Shown here: positions 28,844 through 38,374 of the stretch, piece after piece
Position numbering within the stretch: the first letter of the stretch is position 1
Layout: the number at the start of each line of letters is the position of its first letter
Source: a virus
Lineage: Duplodnaviria > Caudoviricetes
IMG/VR virus record: IMGVR_UViG_3300032038_007781
Location: 1-64,000 of that record
Reading direction: 5' to 3' (one strand)
DNA: 64,000 nt
Notes under the pieces: generated by a model
The model's input: the letters and a program-made list of their open reading frames with translations, nothing else
The model's database searches: none
What the model was told of the DNA's origin: nothing
Program-made: the position numbers and the translations under genes

Positions 28844-30655
28844 ATGTCTAATCTAAAACAAAATAACCTTCACAATTTAAAACTGATAATTGACAAAGAT
28901 GAATACTGGGATTTCTTTGTTGATAAAGATAAGTATTCTCATTATAATTTCAGTAATGGGTTATATGATGATTGCTTATGCGCTTATATTGACATATGTA
29001 ATGATGATTGTGTTAGCGGTGATACTTGGATTCTAAGTACAAATAACTACACATGGGAAAATAGTGTGTCTATTGACAACACAATGTACAACATATCTTA
29101 CACTGGTTTAGATAACGGGTTATTCCAATTTAGAAAAGATAGAGTTTCTAATAAAGAATTTTGGGAACTTTATCAAAATAACCCATGGAGAATTGATGAA
29201 GGTGACAATAGGCTTAAATTACATGCTGTAAGTGGAAATACATTGCAATATGAATACCCGTTACATTTGGAAAAATGCCAAGTTAAACTAAATGGTGGAT
29301 TTTACCAAGGTTTTTTCAAAACGCAATGTGATAAATATCAAGTCTTACCATCTAAATTATCAGAAGATTCACCTTGGGAATTTGAATTCCAATTAAAAAA
29401 ATGCGATTTAGAAAAGGAATCCAACAAAACTTTAAATGATAAATATCCTGAAAATAAAGGTATATTTTTCTATATAGGGACAAGAGCTGAAAATAAATGG
29501 TCTTATCTTTATAAAAAAGAAGACGAATGTGAAGCTTTATCACCAGATGACTATGTGGAAGATGCACACATTGATAAAGACGATTATATTATTGGTAATT
29601 TCTACGACCCAAATCCTGAATATATAGATGAATTTAATCTTGATAATTTTTTAAATTACAATTATTATGATGAAAAATTATATGAAAAAGACTCTGAAGA
29701 TGAATATTTTGGACTTGAGACTTTTATAGATTTTTCTGCGAAGCCTAAAGTGATAGATAAAGAATTCTTTGGAGAAGATGACTTAATATCAGATTTTGAC
29801 GGATTAGATGATGACAGAGATTATATAGAACCAGAAATGGATATTACTTATTTTGACTATAAAACTGATAATGAATTAAGCATAAGAACGCTTCACCAAG
29901 AAGTATTGTTCACGACTGATAATAAATTTATAACATTTAATAGAACTGCTACAGGATACACAGTAGATAATTGGGTAGAAGGGACACAATTTGAAATGTA
30001 CGGCAGAAAAGATAGATTTAAAGGGAATCTTTTTATCTTGATGAATAGAACTTGTACAGGATATACAGTAGATAGCATTGAAAGTATACGTGAATCAGCT
30101 AATTCAGAGTATAATATGTCAGAATTGTATAATGATATATATAACAACGCACTTGCATTTAGAATAACTGATGATGGTAGAATAGGATATAGGTTATTAA
30201 CTATAGATTGTACAATAAGTGGTGATGATAAAACATCTATAGAGGAAGGGTATTCTTTCCCTAACATTATAAAAGATTGTGAATGGCAAACAATACATGT
30301 TAAAATAATTCCTTCGTCAGACACAATGAAAATGTATTTCTATGTAGACGGTAAATTAGTGTATATCACCAAATCATTACCAAAAATAAATCTTAGGGAA
30401 TTAAATGAACCTTACGAAAAACAAGAAGGTGTTCCTTATAACATTTCTTTAGGAGGTGGAACACAGGGGTTAGCTGAAACAATTTTGCCTAATTATATGC
30501 TTAACCCAACTAAAGTTTATCCATTAGAAAAGAATTTTGCAGGTACATTTATAGGATATTTAAAGTCATTTAAATTTTATAATTGTCCTATTGAATATGG
30601 CAATATAGTTAGAAATTATAAATTTGAAAATAAAGGTAATAAATGTTGCAAATAA
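28844..30655 (+). CDS. Probable virion protein with a LamG/concanavalin A-like domain and acidic insertion
   Basis: WQTIHV...YFYVDGKL...ISLGG...FIGYLKSFKFY pattern. Confidence 0.55.
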   Translation: MSNLKQNNLHNLKLIIDKDEYWDFFVDKDKYSHYNFSNGLYDDCLCAYIDICNDDCVSGDTWILSTNNYTWENSVSIDNTMYNISYTGLDNGLFQFRKDRVSNKEFWELYQNNPWRIDEGDNRLKLHAVSGNTLQYEYPLHLEKCQVKLNGGFYQGFFKTQCDKYQVLPSKLSEDSPWEFEFQLKKCDLEKESNKTLNDKYPENKGIFFYIGTRAENKWSYLYKKEDECEALSPDDYVEDAHIDKDDYIIGNFYDPNPEYIDEFNLDNFLNYNYYDEKLYEKDSEDEYFGLETFIDFSAKPKVIDKEFFGEDDLISDFDGLDDDRDYIEPEMDITYFDYKTDNELSIRTLHQEVLFTTDNKFITFNRTATGYTVDNWVEGTQFEMYGRKDRFKGNLFILMNRTCTGYTVDSIESIRESANSEYNMSELYNDIYNNALAFRITDDGRIGYRLLTIDCTISGDDKTSIEEGYSFPNIIKDCEWQTIHVKIIPSSDTMKMYFYVDGKLVYITKSLPKINLRELNEPYEKQEGVPYNISLGGGTQGLAETILPNYMLNPTKVYPLEKNFAGTFIGYLKSFKFYNCPIEYGNIVRNYKFENKGNKCCK

Positions 30656-30682
30656 AAGGGTGTAGTAAACAACTACACCCTT
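30654..30682. terminator. Bidirectional terminator
   Basis: AAGGGTGTAGT-loop-ACTACACCCTT between convergent genes. Confidence 0.75.
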
Positions 30683-30729
30683 AATTTTTGTTAAAAAAAG
30701 TTAAATAAAATATTTAAATTACGCTCAGA

Positions 30730-31959
30730 TTACTCTTCGTGTTCTCGAACTATCTTCCTATATGCTTCAACCCTTTGCTTACATACAGTTTCAAGTGAAT
30801 ACTTATCTTTAACCAAATTATGCAAATTATTTTTCAATTTGGTTACATATTCAGGATTAGCTGCTAAAAATTCAATATTCTTTTTCCAATCTTTGTGGTT
30901 CTTTCTACTATCAACAAGTAATGCAGTTCCGTTTTCATCAATTTCACCACCAAATTTCTTAAATGGTGTTAAATCCAATGTATAAGCGCCAAAGTTTTGT
31001 GCAATTAATGCAGTATCAGTAAATCCAGCTTCAATTTCTTTAAGCTGAGACTTCATTTTATTAAATTCATTTTCCTTCAAAGGTGCTAACAATACATCTA
31101 CATTTTGGTAGTGCGTTGCATATGAGTTAATATCTCTTGTCCACATTCTTCTATATGGTTCATTTACAAATGGGTCATCAACACCCTTCATAAATTTCAA
31201 CAAGAAATCACGATGTTCAGGTGAAATGTATTTGTAATTATTTGTGATAATCTTTTCATATTCAAACCACACAGATTCTTGTGGTAAGATAGGTTTTCTT
31301 TCAACTTGTCCTGTATCATTATGATAAATTGTTCTTGTACCATTTGTGTCAAAACCACATAGAACTAATTGAACGCCAGAACCAGGTTTTGCTGTTTCTG
31401 AAATGCCTTTCAAAAGTTCAACATCGTGTAAATGTGATGAACCACAGATAAGACCAACTCTCAATAAGTCAGATTTATTCTTTTCAGGACTATACTGTTT
31501 TTCGGTAGGGTCAATTGCATTAGGAAATACTAAAACATTTTTATTATGCTTTTTTAATTCTTTTGCAAAAATTGGTGTTGTTGTAGACACATAATCAGCA
31601 GCTTCCAAATGTTTAATAATTGGTTCATGCCACTTTTCTTTTTTTGCTGAAAGACTCATAGGGTGGTCATTACCAAGATAATAATGGTCATCAACATCAA
31701 CAATTACAGGGATTCCTAAAAATTTAATTAAATTCATAAGTTCCAAACCCTTGTCAAGTTGCTTATGAATATGAATCAAGTCGTATTGTTTGAAAAAATT
31801 TTCCAAATCACCTACAGGTATATCGTTAAGGTACATAATATCTATATCAAACTCGTCTTTATAGTGTTCTGCAATATAAGTATGAGGACTTACTGAACGG
31901 AACCTGCCAACGCCTGTGAAATCACTGGGAATAACCAGCATTCTTATCTTTTTATCCAT
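30730..31959 (-). CDS. Glycosyltransferase, GT-B fold (GT4-like)
   Basis: GVGRFR, DVDD, VFPNAID, DVLLAPL..NEFN..KS.LK.IEAG. Confidence 0.85.
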   Translation of the reverse strand: MDKKIRMLVIPSDFTGVGRFRSVSPHTYIAEHYKDEFDIDIMYLNDIPVGDLENFFKQYDLIHIHKQLDKGLELMNLIKFLGIPVIVDVDDHYYLGNDHPMSLSAKKEKWHEPIIKHLEAADYVSTTTPIFAKELKKHNKNVLVFPNAIDPTEKQYSPEKNKSDLLRVGLICGSSHLHDVELLKGISETAKPGSGVQLVLCGFDTNGTRTIYHNDTGQVERKPILPQESVWFEYEKIITNNYKYISPEHRDFLLKFMKGVDDPFVNEPYRRMWTRDINSYATHYQNVDVLLAPLKENEFNKMKSQLKEIEAGFTDTALIAQNFGAYTLDLTPFKKFGGEIDENGTALLVDSRKNHKDWKKNIEFLAANPEYVTKLKNNLHNLVKDKYSLETVCKQRVEAYRKIVREHEE

Positions 31960-32220
31960 CTAATGTAACATTTATTTAAAAAATAAAAAATAAATTGGAT
32001 AAATCAATATATGAAGTAACAAAAAAAGGAAATCTTTCATGATTTCCTTTTAAATTATCTTTATAATTTCGCATTTTCTTTTTTTTATTTTTTGAATAAT
32101 TTGTATTCTTGAACGTTAGCAGAATCTATAGTATCATTTCATTCAATTGGAAGTAACATTATTTTTTATTGTATTTGAATTCCAACTGTTTTGTTGTTTG
32201 TATGTCTGTACAGCAATTCA

Positions 32221-32390
32221 TTTCTTCTTTATATATTTCTTCTTTTTTTAAATATTTTATTAAATACCATGTAATATATCATGTGAATATTTTATTAAAT
32301 ATCATGTAATATATAATATAATATTATTTTATTTTTTATTATTATATAAATAATATTATATAAAGAAAGAAATATATAAAGAAAGAAAAA
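32221..32390. repeat. AT-rich direct and inverted repeat array in a divergent intergenic region
   Basis: 29 nt direct repeat AATATTTTATTAAATAYCATGTAATATAT at 32251 and 32286, flanked by imperfect inverted TTTCTTCTTTATATATTTCTTC and GAAAGAAATATATAAAGAAAGAAA. Confidence 0.7.
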
Positions 32391-32405
32391 TCTATTTAAC
32401 ATTTA

Positions 32406-32437
32406 TTTGCTTTTACCAATAATTTTATGTATATTTG
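32406..32437 (+). promoter_or_regulatory. Bacteroidota primary-sigma promoter
   Basis: TTTG (32406-32409), 20 nt spacer, TATATTTG (32430-32437). Confidence 0.75.
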
Positions 32438-32481
32438 CATTGTATTTGGAAAAAATATTATTCAATTTTAAGTTAAAAGAT

Positions 32482-33054
32482 ATGACAGAAGAACTTAAAC
32501 AACACAATTTTGATTTATTTATCAAGAAACTAAATCAATTAGGTATTGAAACTGACCAATTAGTTGAAACAATTGGTGAAAAACTTAAAAACGCAAGTTT
32601 TTCAATTTCAAGAGAAAAAGGTGACGGACTTTGTGGTGATGGTACATTAATAGAAGTTATTCTTAAAGTACTTACAATTTTTGCAGTCAAACTTAATGGT
32701 TTATTTGCTGAAGACACAAGAGTTAATCAGGAAACATTAGTTAAAGTTTGCTTATTGCACCAAATTGCAAAGGCAGTAAGACTCATTCCTAATGACAATC
32801 CTTATGAGATTGAGAAACGTGGCTTAATTTACAAATATGATTCAACGCAACCTTCAATCAGAACAGGTTTACATTCTTTAGTGTTAGCCCAATCATTTGG
32901 AATTAAATTCACACCTGAAGAAGCTGAAGCTATGACAATTAATGATAGGGATTTAAGTGATGACCAAGCACGTTGGCATGCAAGTCAACTTGCATCAATT
33001 GTAAGGCAAGCAAACGAAATGACATATTTACAGGCAATTAATAAAAAACGATAA
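32482..33054 (+). CDS. HD-domain-like protein (degenerate HD motif)
   Basis: Likely start MTEELK; G.LIE...CLLHQIAK...EEAEAM...VRQAN. Confidence 0.6.
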   Translation: MTEELKQHNFDLFIKKLNQLGIETDQLVETIGEKLKNASFSISREKGDGLCGDGTLIEVILKVLTIFAVKLNGLFAEDTRVNQETLVKVCLLHQIAKAVRLIPNDNPYEIEKRGLIYKYDSTQPSIRTGLHSLVLAQSFGIKFTPEEAEAMTINDRDLSDDQARWHASQLASIVRQANEMTYLQAINKKR

Positions 33055-33063
33055 AAACATTAT

Positions 33064-33693
33064 ATGAGTAGAAAAACGATTAACGTTAAGATTAAAAAAC
33101 TAGATGAAAAAGCAGTAATTCCAACATATGCACATGTAACTGATGATGGTGTTAATGAAGGTGATGTTGGTATGGATATAACAGCAATTTCTGTAGAATG
33201 GGATGAAAAAATGGATTGCTATATCTATCATACAGGGATTACATTTGAAACTGATAAAGGTTTTGGGGTTTTTATGTTTCCAAGGTCTTCAAACAGAAAA
33301 ACAGATTGCTATTTAACTAATTCAGTTGGAATTGTAGATTCTACATTATATCGTGGTGAAATCTTGTGGTGTTTCAAATCAAGAACATCAACATACCAAA
33401 GAGCTGAAACAGTTGCTAATAAGGCTTTTATGAAATCAATTGCCAAACAGTTAACTAACCCTTTCAACGTTCTAAGATTTAATAAAGTACTTAAAAAGGC
33501 AAATAATGAAGCTGAAAAGGCTAAAGAACGTATTATTGAAATGACACGTAATCTTGAATTTGCTCCATATGAGGCTGGTAAAAGAATAGGCCAAATGGTT
33601 GTTTTGCCTTATCCTGATGTTAATTTTGAGATTGTTAAAGAATTAAGTGAAACTTCCCGTGGTGAAGGTGGGCATGGTTCTACGGGAGAATAA
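33064..33693 (+). CDS. dut: Trimeric dUTPase with an insertion
   Basis: GMDI, PRSS, GIVDSTLYRGEI, RIGQ, RGEGGHGSTG. Confidence 0.93.
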   Translation: MSRKTINVKIKKLDEKAVIPTYAHVTDDGVNEGDVGMDITAISVEWDEKMDCYIYHTGITFETDKGFGVFMFPRSSNRKTDCYLTNSVGIVDSTLYRGEILWCFKSRTSTYQRAETVANKAFMKSIAKQLTNPFNVLRFNKVLKKANNEAEKAKERIIEMTRNLEFAPYEAGKRIGQMVVLPYPDVNFEIVKELSETSRGEGGHGSTGE

Positions 33694-33702
33694 TTAAATA
33701 TT

Positions 33703-34218
33703 ATGACATTAAAACAAATATTCTTAAGATTTTGCAAGAAAGAAAAAATCTACAATTCAATAGTAGTATCAGTAAATGATACTTTAAATAGAAATTTAAA
33801 AATATTAGTGAAAGTCCCTACTTCATTTGATGAAATATTTATTAGTAAAGTAAAATATTGCGGTATTAAAAATGTAATACCTGGTTTATTAGGGTTTACT
33901 TATTGTGGTGCATATTTTTATGCACAATACCCACAATATAAAAAAATAATGAGAAAGTGGCAATATTTTGTAGACAACAATATTTTACTTAATGAGCAAA
34001 CATTAAAAATTGGGGATAACATTTCACTAAGGAATTTTTTTGGTAAGGATGTCAATATTAAAATTGATAGAATTATTAATTGTATAAATGTGTCTGGATT
34101 ATCAGAAGATGGTATGCGAACTGATTGTAATGTTTTTGATATTAAAACAGTAAACGGTAAGCCTGCTAATATTAATTGGATTGTAAAACGAAATAGAAAA
34201 ATATATGGCAATAAATAA
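33703..34218 (+). CDS. Hypothetical protein
   Basis: 171 aa ORF within the operon. Confidence 0.7.
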   Translation: MTLKQIFLRFCKKEKIYNSIVVSVNDTLNRNLKILVKVPTSFDEIFISKVKYCGIKNVIPGLLGFTYCGAYFYAQYPQYKKIMRKWQYFVDNNILLNEQTLKIGDNISLRNFFGKDVNIKIDRIINCINVSGLSEDGMRTDCNVFDIKTVNGKPANINWIVKRNRKIYGNK

Positions 34219-35284
34219 AGAAGTTAAATATTGCTATAATGATATAGCAATTGTACCATCAATTGTTAGTGACATAAAACATAGAAATGAATGTTGTCCA
34301 TTTTACAATGGAATGTTACCATTATTTACTGCGCCTATGAGTAGTGTTGTTGATGAAAACAATTTTGAATTATTTGAACGTAATAAAATTAACGCAATAC
34401 TACCAAGAACGGTAAATGTTAATACAAGAGTTGAATACTCTTTAAATGGAAAATGGTCTGCATTTGGTTTAAATGAATTTGAATCTTTATTCATCAATAA
34501 GCATCAAAAATCAAACAATATTAAAATTCTAATTGATATTGCTAACGGTCATATGCATAAAATGATTGATTTGGTTAAATCATTTAAAACATTATACGCT
34601 AATACAAAAACTGAGATAATGGTAGGCAATATAGCGAACCCATTAACTTATAAAGTTTTAGCTGAAGCAGGTGCTGACTACGTTAGGATTAATATTGGAA
34701 CTGGTGCAGGTTGCATAACAAGTTCAAATACTGCAATACATTACCCAGTTGCTTCTTTAATTGATGATATTGTAAAGGTTAAAGACGAGATTAATCGAAC
34801 AAGCCCAAAAAGAAATTTACCAAAAATAATAGCAGATGGTGGCATTAGAAATTATTCTGATATTATTAAGGCGATTGCTTTAGGTGCTGATTATGCTATG
34901 ATTGGCGGACTTTTTTCTTCTTGTGTTGAGAGCTCTGCTGAGGTATGGGTAGAAGATAGTCCTAACAATTATCATAGAGCTAATCAAAACGAAATCGACA
35001 GTTATTTAGCAGGTAACGAAGAACTAAAAGGTAGATTATATAAAAAGTTTTATGGAATGGCTTCAAAAGAAGGTCAAATTGACTTAAATGGTGAAAAAAC
35101 ACACACATCTGAAGGTATTTCTAAATTTATTAAAATAAAATATAATTTACCGCAATGGACTGAAAATCTTTCTGATTATTTACGTTCAGCAATGTCATAT
35201 ACTAATTCAAGGACGTTGGATGATTTAAAAAATTCAGAAACAATTGTCATATCTAAGGCTTCTTACGAATCTATTAATAAGTAA
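34205..35284 (+). CDS. IMP dehydrogenase / GMP reductase family (no CBS domain)
   Basis: TAPM, IDIANGH, VGNIA, GTGAGCITS, ADGGI, YGMAS, EG, LRSAMSY. Confidence 0.9.
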   Translation: MAINKEVKYCYNDIAIVPSIVSDIKHRNECCPFYNGMLPLFTAPMSSVVDENNFELFERNKINAILPRTVNVNTRVEYSLNGKWSAFGLNEFESLFINKHQKSNNIKILIDIANGHMHKMIDLVKSFKTLYANTKTEIMVGNIANPLTYKVLAEAGADYVRINIGTGAGCITSSNTAIHYPVASLIDDIVKVKDEINRTSPKRNLPKIIADGGIRNYSDIIKAIALGADYAMIGGLFSSCVESSAEVWVEDSPNNYHRANQNEIDSYLAGNEELKGRLYKKFYGMASKEGQIDLNGEKTHTSEGISKFIKIKYNLPQWTENLSDYLRSAMSYTNSRTLDDLKNSETIVISKASYESINK

Positions 35285-35297
35285 GTAGTTACAAATT

Positions 35298-35338
35298 AAA
35301 ATACAGGTTTATCATTATTGATTTACCTGTATTTTTTT
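35298..35338 (+). terminator. Intrinsic terminator
   Basis: AAATACAGGT...ACCTGTATTT followed by a T-tract. Confidence 0.7.
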
Positions 35339-35364
35339 TTATTTTTTATACAAATTAAAAAAAA

Positions 35365-36054
35365 ATGGAAGACAGTATTTCAGTGGTTGTTTGTTCAAGA
35401 GAAACAAGTGATGATAAAAAAGATTTTATACAACACATGAAAAACACTTGTGGGTGTAATTCACATATATTTTTTCTGATTAATCCTGATGGGGTTGGGC
35501 TAACACAAATTTATGAAGATATGGTTAAGTCTGAAAAAGTTGAAAGCAATATTATAGTTTTTGTTCATGATGATGTTGAATTTTTAAAAGAAGGATGGGG
35601 TAAAGAAATATTAAGATTATTCAATGAACATGAAGATTATGGAATAATTGGTGTAGCAGGGTCTGCCGAATTTGATGAAAATGGCGCTTGGTGGCAGTAT
35701 GAAAAAAAATATGGTCAAGTATTGCATAGGAATAACGGAAAATCTTGGCTAACGGCATTTTCGCCATTAATTAAAAATGATTTAGAAGAAGTATGTGTAA
35801 TTGATGGTCTTTTCATGGCAATACATAAAAAAAGAATAAGTAAAAATTTTGATGCTGATATACCTGGGTTCAACTTTTATGATATTGATTTTTGCTTAGC
35901 TAACTATATTGACGGAAAAACAAAAATAGGCGTAACTACTAATATTAGAATTGCACATAATTCAGTTGGTGAGTTAAAAAATGAATGGTATATAAACAGG
36001 GATATTATAATCGAAAAATATAAAGATAATTTGCCGATTAAAATAAAAAAATAA
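35365..36054 (+). CDS. Glycosyltransferase, GT-A fold (GT2-like)
   Basis: VFVHDDVEF, GIIGVAG, IDGLFMA, FNFYDIDFC, H..VG. Confidence 0.85.
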   Translation: MEDSISVVVCSRETSDDKKDFIQHMKNTCGCNSHIFFLINPDGVGLTQIYEDMVKSEKVESNIIVFVHDDVEFLKEGWGKEILRLFNEHEDYGIIGVAGSAEFDENGAWWQYEKKYGQVLHRNNGKSWLTAFSPLIKNDLEEVCVIDGLFMAIHKKRISKNFDADIPGFNFYDIDFCLANYIDGKTKIGVTTNIRIAHNSVGELKNEWYINRDIIIEKYKDNLPIKIKK

Positions 36055-36097
36055 TGGCATAGATTTTGCTAATATTAAATAAAATAAAAAAAGAATT

Positions 36098-36346
36098 ATG
36101 AATGTAGAAAAATTAAGAAAAAAGACATTAACTGAATTAATTGAATTGATGTCCGCAACTGAAGCTATGTGTGAAAGCTATGCTAAGGATTTAACAAATT
36201 ATGCGACAATGAGTGCTGACCCACAATTTCAAAGAATGGATGTCAATACGCAGCATTTATATAACGAAAGAGGTAAATTCGTGTCATTACTTAATATGCT
36301 AAGGAATATAATTAAAGAAAAACTTTTTGAAATATATGATGAATAA
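36098..36346 (+). CDS. Hypothetical protein
   Basis: 82 aa ORF within the operon. Confidence 0.65.
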   Translation: MNVEKLRKKTLTELIELMSATEAMCESYAKDLTNYATMSADPQFQRMDVNTQHLYNERGKFVSLLNMLRNIIKEKLFEIYDE

Positions 36347-37355
36347 AATAAAAGATATTGCGTATAAGCTTTTTTACGCATTACCTTTTGGTATGAAAGC
36401 TGCCAACGAAGAAATAATGGTATCAAATTCAAGCAATGGTGATGGACAGGAAATCCAAAAAGAAGTTTCTGATGAAAGGGTTGCAAAACATTTACTAAAA
36501 GGTGAAGTAACGCAATCAGTAAAAGAATTACGTTATAGAACCTATAAAGTTGATGATGAAGCCAAAAAGTATGAATATGTTGGTAACGGGACTGTTTTGA
36601 AAAAAGAAGAAACTAAGAGAACCAATCACATTAAATTTTCACAGGAATGTAAATTAATTACGTCTGATGTGTTGGAAGAACTGAAAAGAATTGGGTCTTA
36701 TGGTGTGGAAAATTATACATTACAGATAGCATACAATAACCCTATTGTTATTTTTAAATTAGAACAATTTGCAACACAAATTGATGTGGATATAAACAAA
36801 GAAACTAATGAAATATTTACCACTTTACACTTTAGTAATATTCCTGATGGGTATAATAAAAAATCAGCACCATTCATCAATGAATTAAAAAAACTTATTA
36901 CCATTTACGAAAACACAAAATTGTTTTCTAATAGAAAAATGGTCGAAGCAGCATATGGGCATAATGAATTAGCGTCTTCTATGATAACATTAAATTTCAC
37001 AACATACAAGGCAACTAACGATGAACCAGACTTGATAGTATACGGATTTTATAATCCTTTTTTGACTAAATGCGAAGAAAGCAATGCTGAAATTAGGCTA
37101 ACATTCAATTGGGAAGGATATACAATCAATAATTTGAGAAACAAATTTTTTGATGAATCTATGGAAAAAAAATATCAGAATAAAGAGCGTAAAAACGTTT
37201 CAGTTGATATAACAGGTGGGGTGACAAGAGTTACCAAGTGTGAAATTTGTGGTGATGAAATGAATGTGTATGATGCTGATGTAACGAAATATACTTATGG
37301 AAAATGTATTTGCAAAAAATGTTTACCAGAATATTTACTTGGTCGGAATAAATAA
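36336..37355 (+). CDS. Hypothetical protein with a C-terminal CxxC...CxxC zinc finger
   Basis: CEIC...CKKC at the C-terminus; exact start uncertain (36327-36339). Confidence 0.7.
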   Translation: MMNKIKDIAYKLFYALPFGMKAANEEIMVSNSSNGDGQEIQKEVSDERVAKHLLKGEVTQSVKELRYRTYKVDDEAKKYEYVGNGTVLKKEETKRTNHIKFSQECKLITSDVLEELKRIGSYGVENYTLQIAYNNPIVIFKLEQFATQIDVDINKETNEIFTTLHFSNIPDGYNKKSAPFINELKKLITIYENTKLFSNRKMVEAAYGHNELASSMITLNFTTYKATNDEPDLIVYGFYNPFLTKCEESNAEIRLTFNWEGYTINNLRNKFFDESMEKKYQNKERKNVSVDITGGVTRVTKCEICGDEMNVYDADVTKYTYGKCICKKCLPEYLLGRNK

Positions 37356-37382
37356 TATATTTTATAAGAAATAAATAATGTA

Positions 37383-38009
37383 ATGATTACTATAGCGATT
37401 GAATTAAATCACGTAATAAGGAACATAAACAAACAGTTGTTAAAATATTATCAACGAGATTATAATGAAGAACTTGACATTGAAGATATTGATGAAAAGT
37501 CTGAAAATGTTTTGAGTAAGTATATCAAATTTGATAGTAAAAAAGAATTAAATGAATTCATCTATATTGATTATCCATATGAAATTTTTGGGTGTGCTAA
37601 AGCAATGGATAAAAATCTACCAAGAGACATTACAAATTGGATGGAAGAAATGACAAATAGGGAAGATGAAGAATTTAGGGTGATTTACTATAGTCTGAAT
37701 GAAGAAGCTTTGACTATACAGTCAACATATTTTTTTCTGAGTAAATTAGGAACCAGAGTTCGTGAGATTATATTCCCTAAAAATATCGAAGAAATGTCAA
37801 ATAAATGTGATGTAATTATTTCTTCTAATGATGATGTAATTAAATGGGCTAAGAAGGATGGTAAAATACCTGTTCAAATTACAACGAATTGGAAACTTGA
37901 AAAGGATGAAACGTTTGATGCGTTAGAGGATGACATCATTTATTCAGATATGGAAAGTATTATAAATGATGAAAATTTTCTTGATAAATTAATTGAGCTT
38001 AAAAAGTAG
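37383..38009 (+). CDS. HAD / 5'-nucleotidase-like protein with degenerate motif I
   Basis: ITIAIELNHVIRN where IxxDxD is expected; CDVIIS; NT5C-like layout. Confidence 0.55.
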   Translation: MITIAIELNHVIRNINKQLLKYYQRDYNEELDIEDIDEKSENVLSKYIKFDSKKELNEFIYIDYPYEIFGCAKAMDKNLPRDITNWMEEMTNREDEEFRVIYYSLNEEALTIQSTYFFLSKLGTRVREIIFPKNIEEMSNKCDVIISSNDDVIKWAKKDGKIPVQITTNWKLEKDETFDALEDDIIYSDMESIINDENFLDKLIELKK

Positions 38010-38013
38010 TATA

Positions 38014-38364
38014 ATGGAAGAAAACAATAAAATTAACGAAAACTTGGTTTTCGATTTAAATGAAATTAAAAAATTTGTTTTTGAAGAAGACGTTGACCTG
38101 AACAAGACACGTGATAGTGAAATTACTGAAACTTGGGGCGTTAATGATGAAGGAAAACAGGAACTTTTAAGTAAGGTTGTTCATGAAGTTAAAGGAAGTG
38201 ATTTTTCTGGAAAACAGACTATTCGTTATGATTTGCTAAAAACATTTATGCAAACATTAGATAATATTGAATTTGATACATCAATTACGCCTATGTCACT
38301 TGGTGAAAGAATGGTATTGAATACTATGGTGAATTATGGATTAATTAAAGAAATAAATCAGTAA
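38014..38364 (+). CDS. Hypothetical protein
   Basis: Likely start MEENNK, 4 nt after the upstream stop. Confidence 0.7.
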   Translation: MEENNKINENLVFDLNEIKKFVFEEDVDLNKTRDSEITETWGVNDEGKQELLSKVVHEVKGSDFSGKQTIRYDLLKTFMQTLDNIEFDTSITPMSLGERMVLNTMVNYGLIKEINQ

Positions 38365-38374
38365 TAATTTTAAA

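Noticed and set aside
32407-32481. Hydrophobic N-terminal extensions on the HD-like protein and PhoH (50407-50532)
   Set aside because: They overlap promoter-like AT-rich DNA; downstream ATGs at 32482 and 50533 are the likelier starts.
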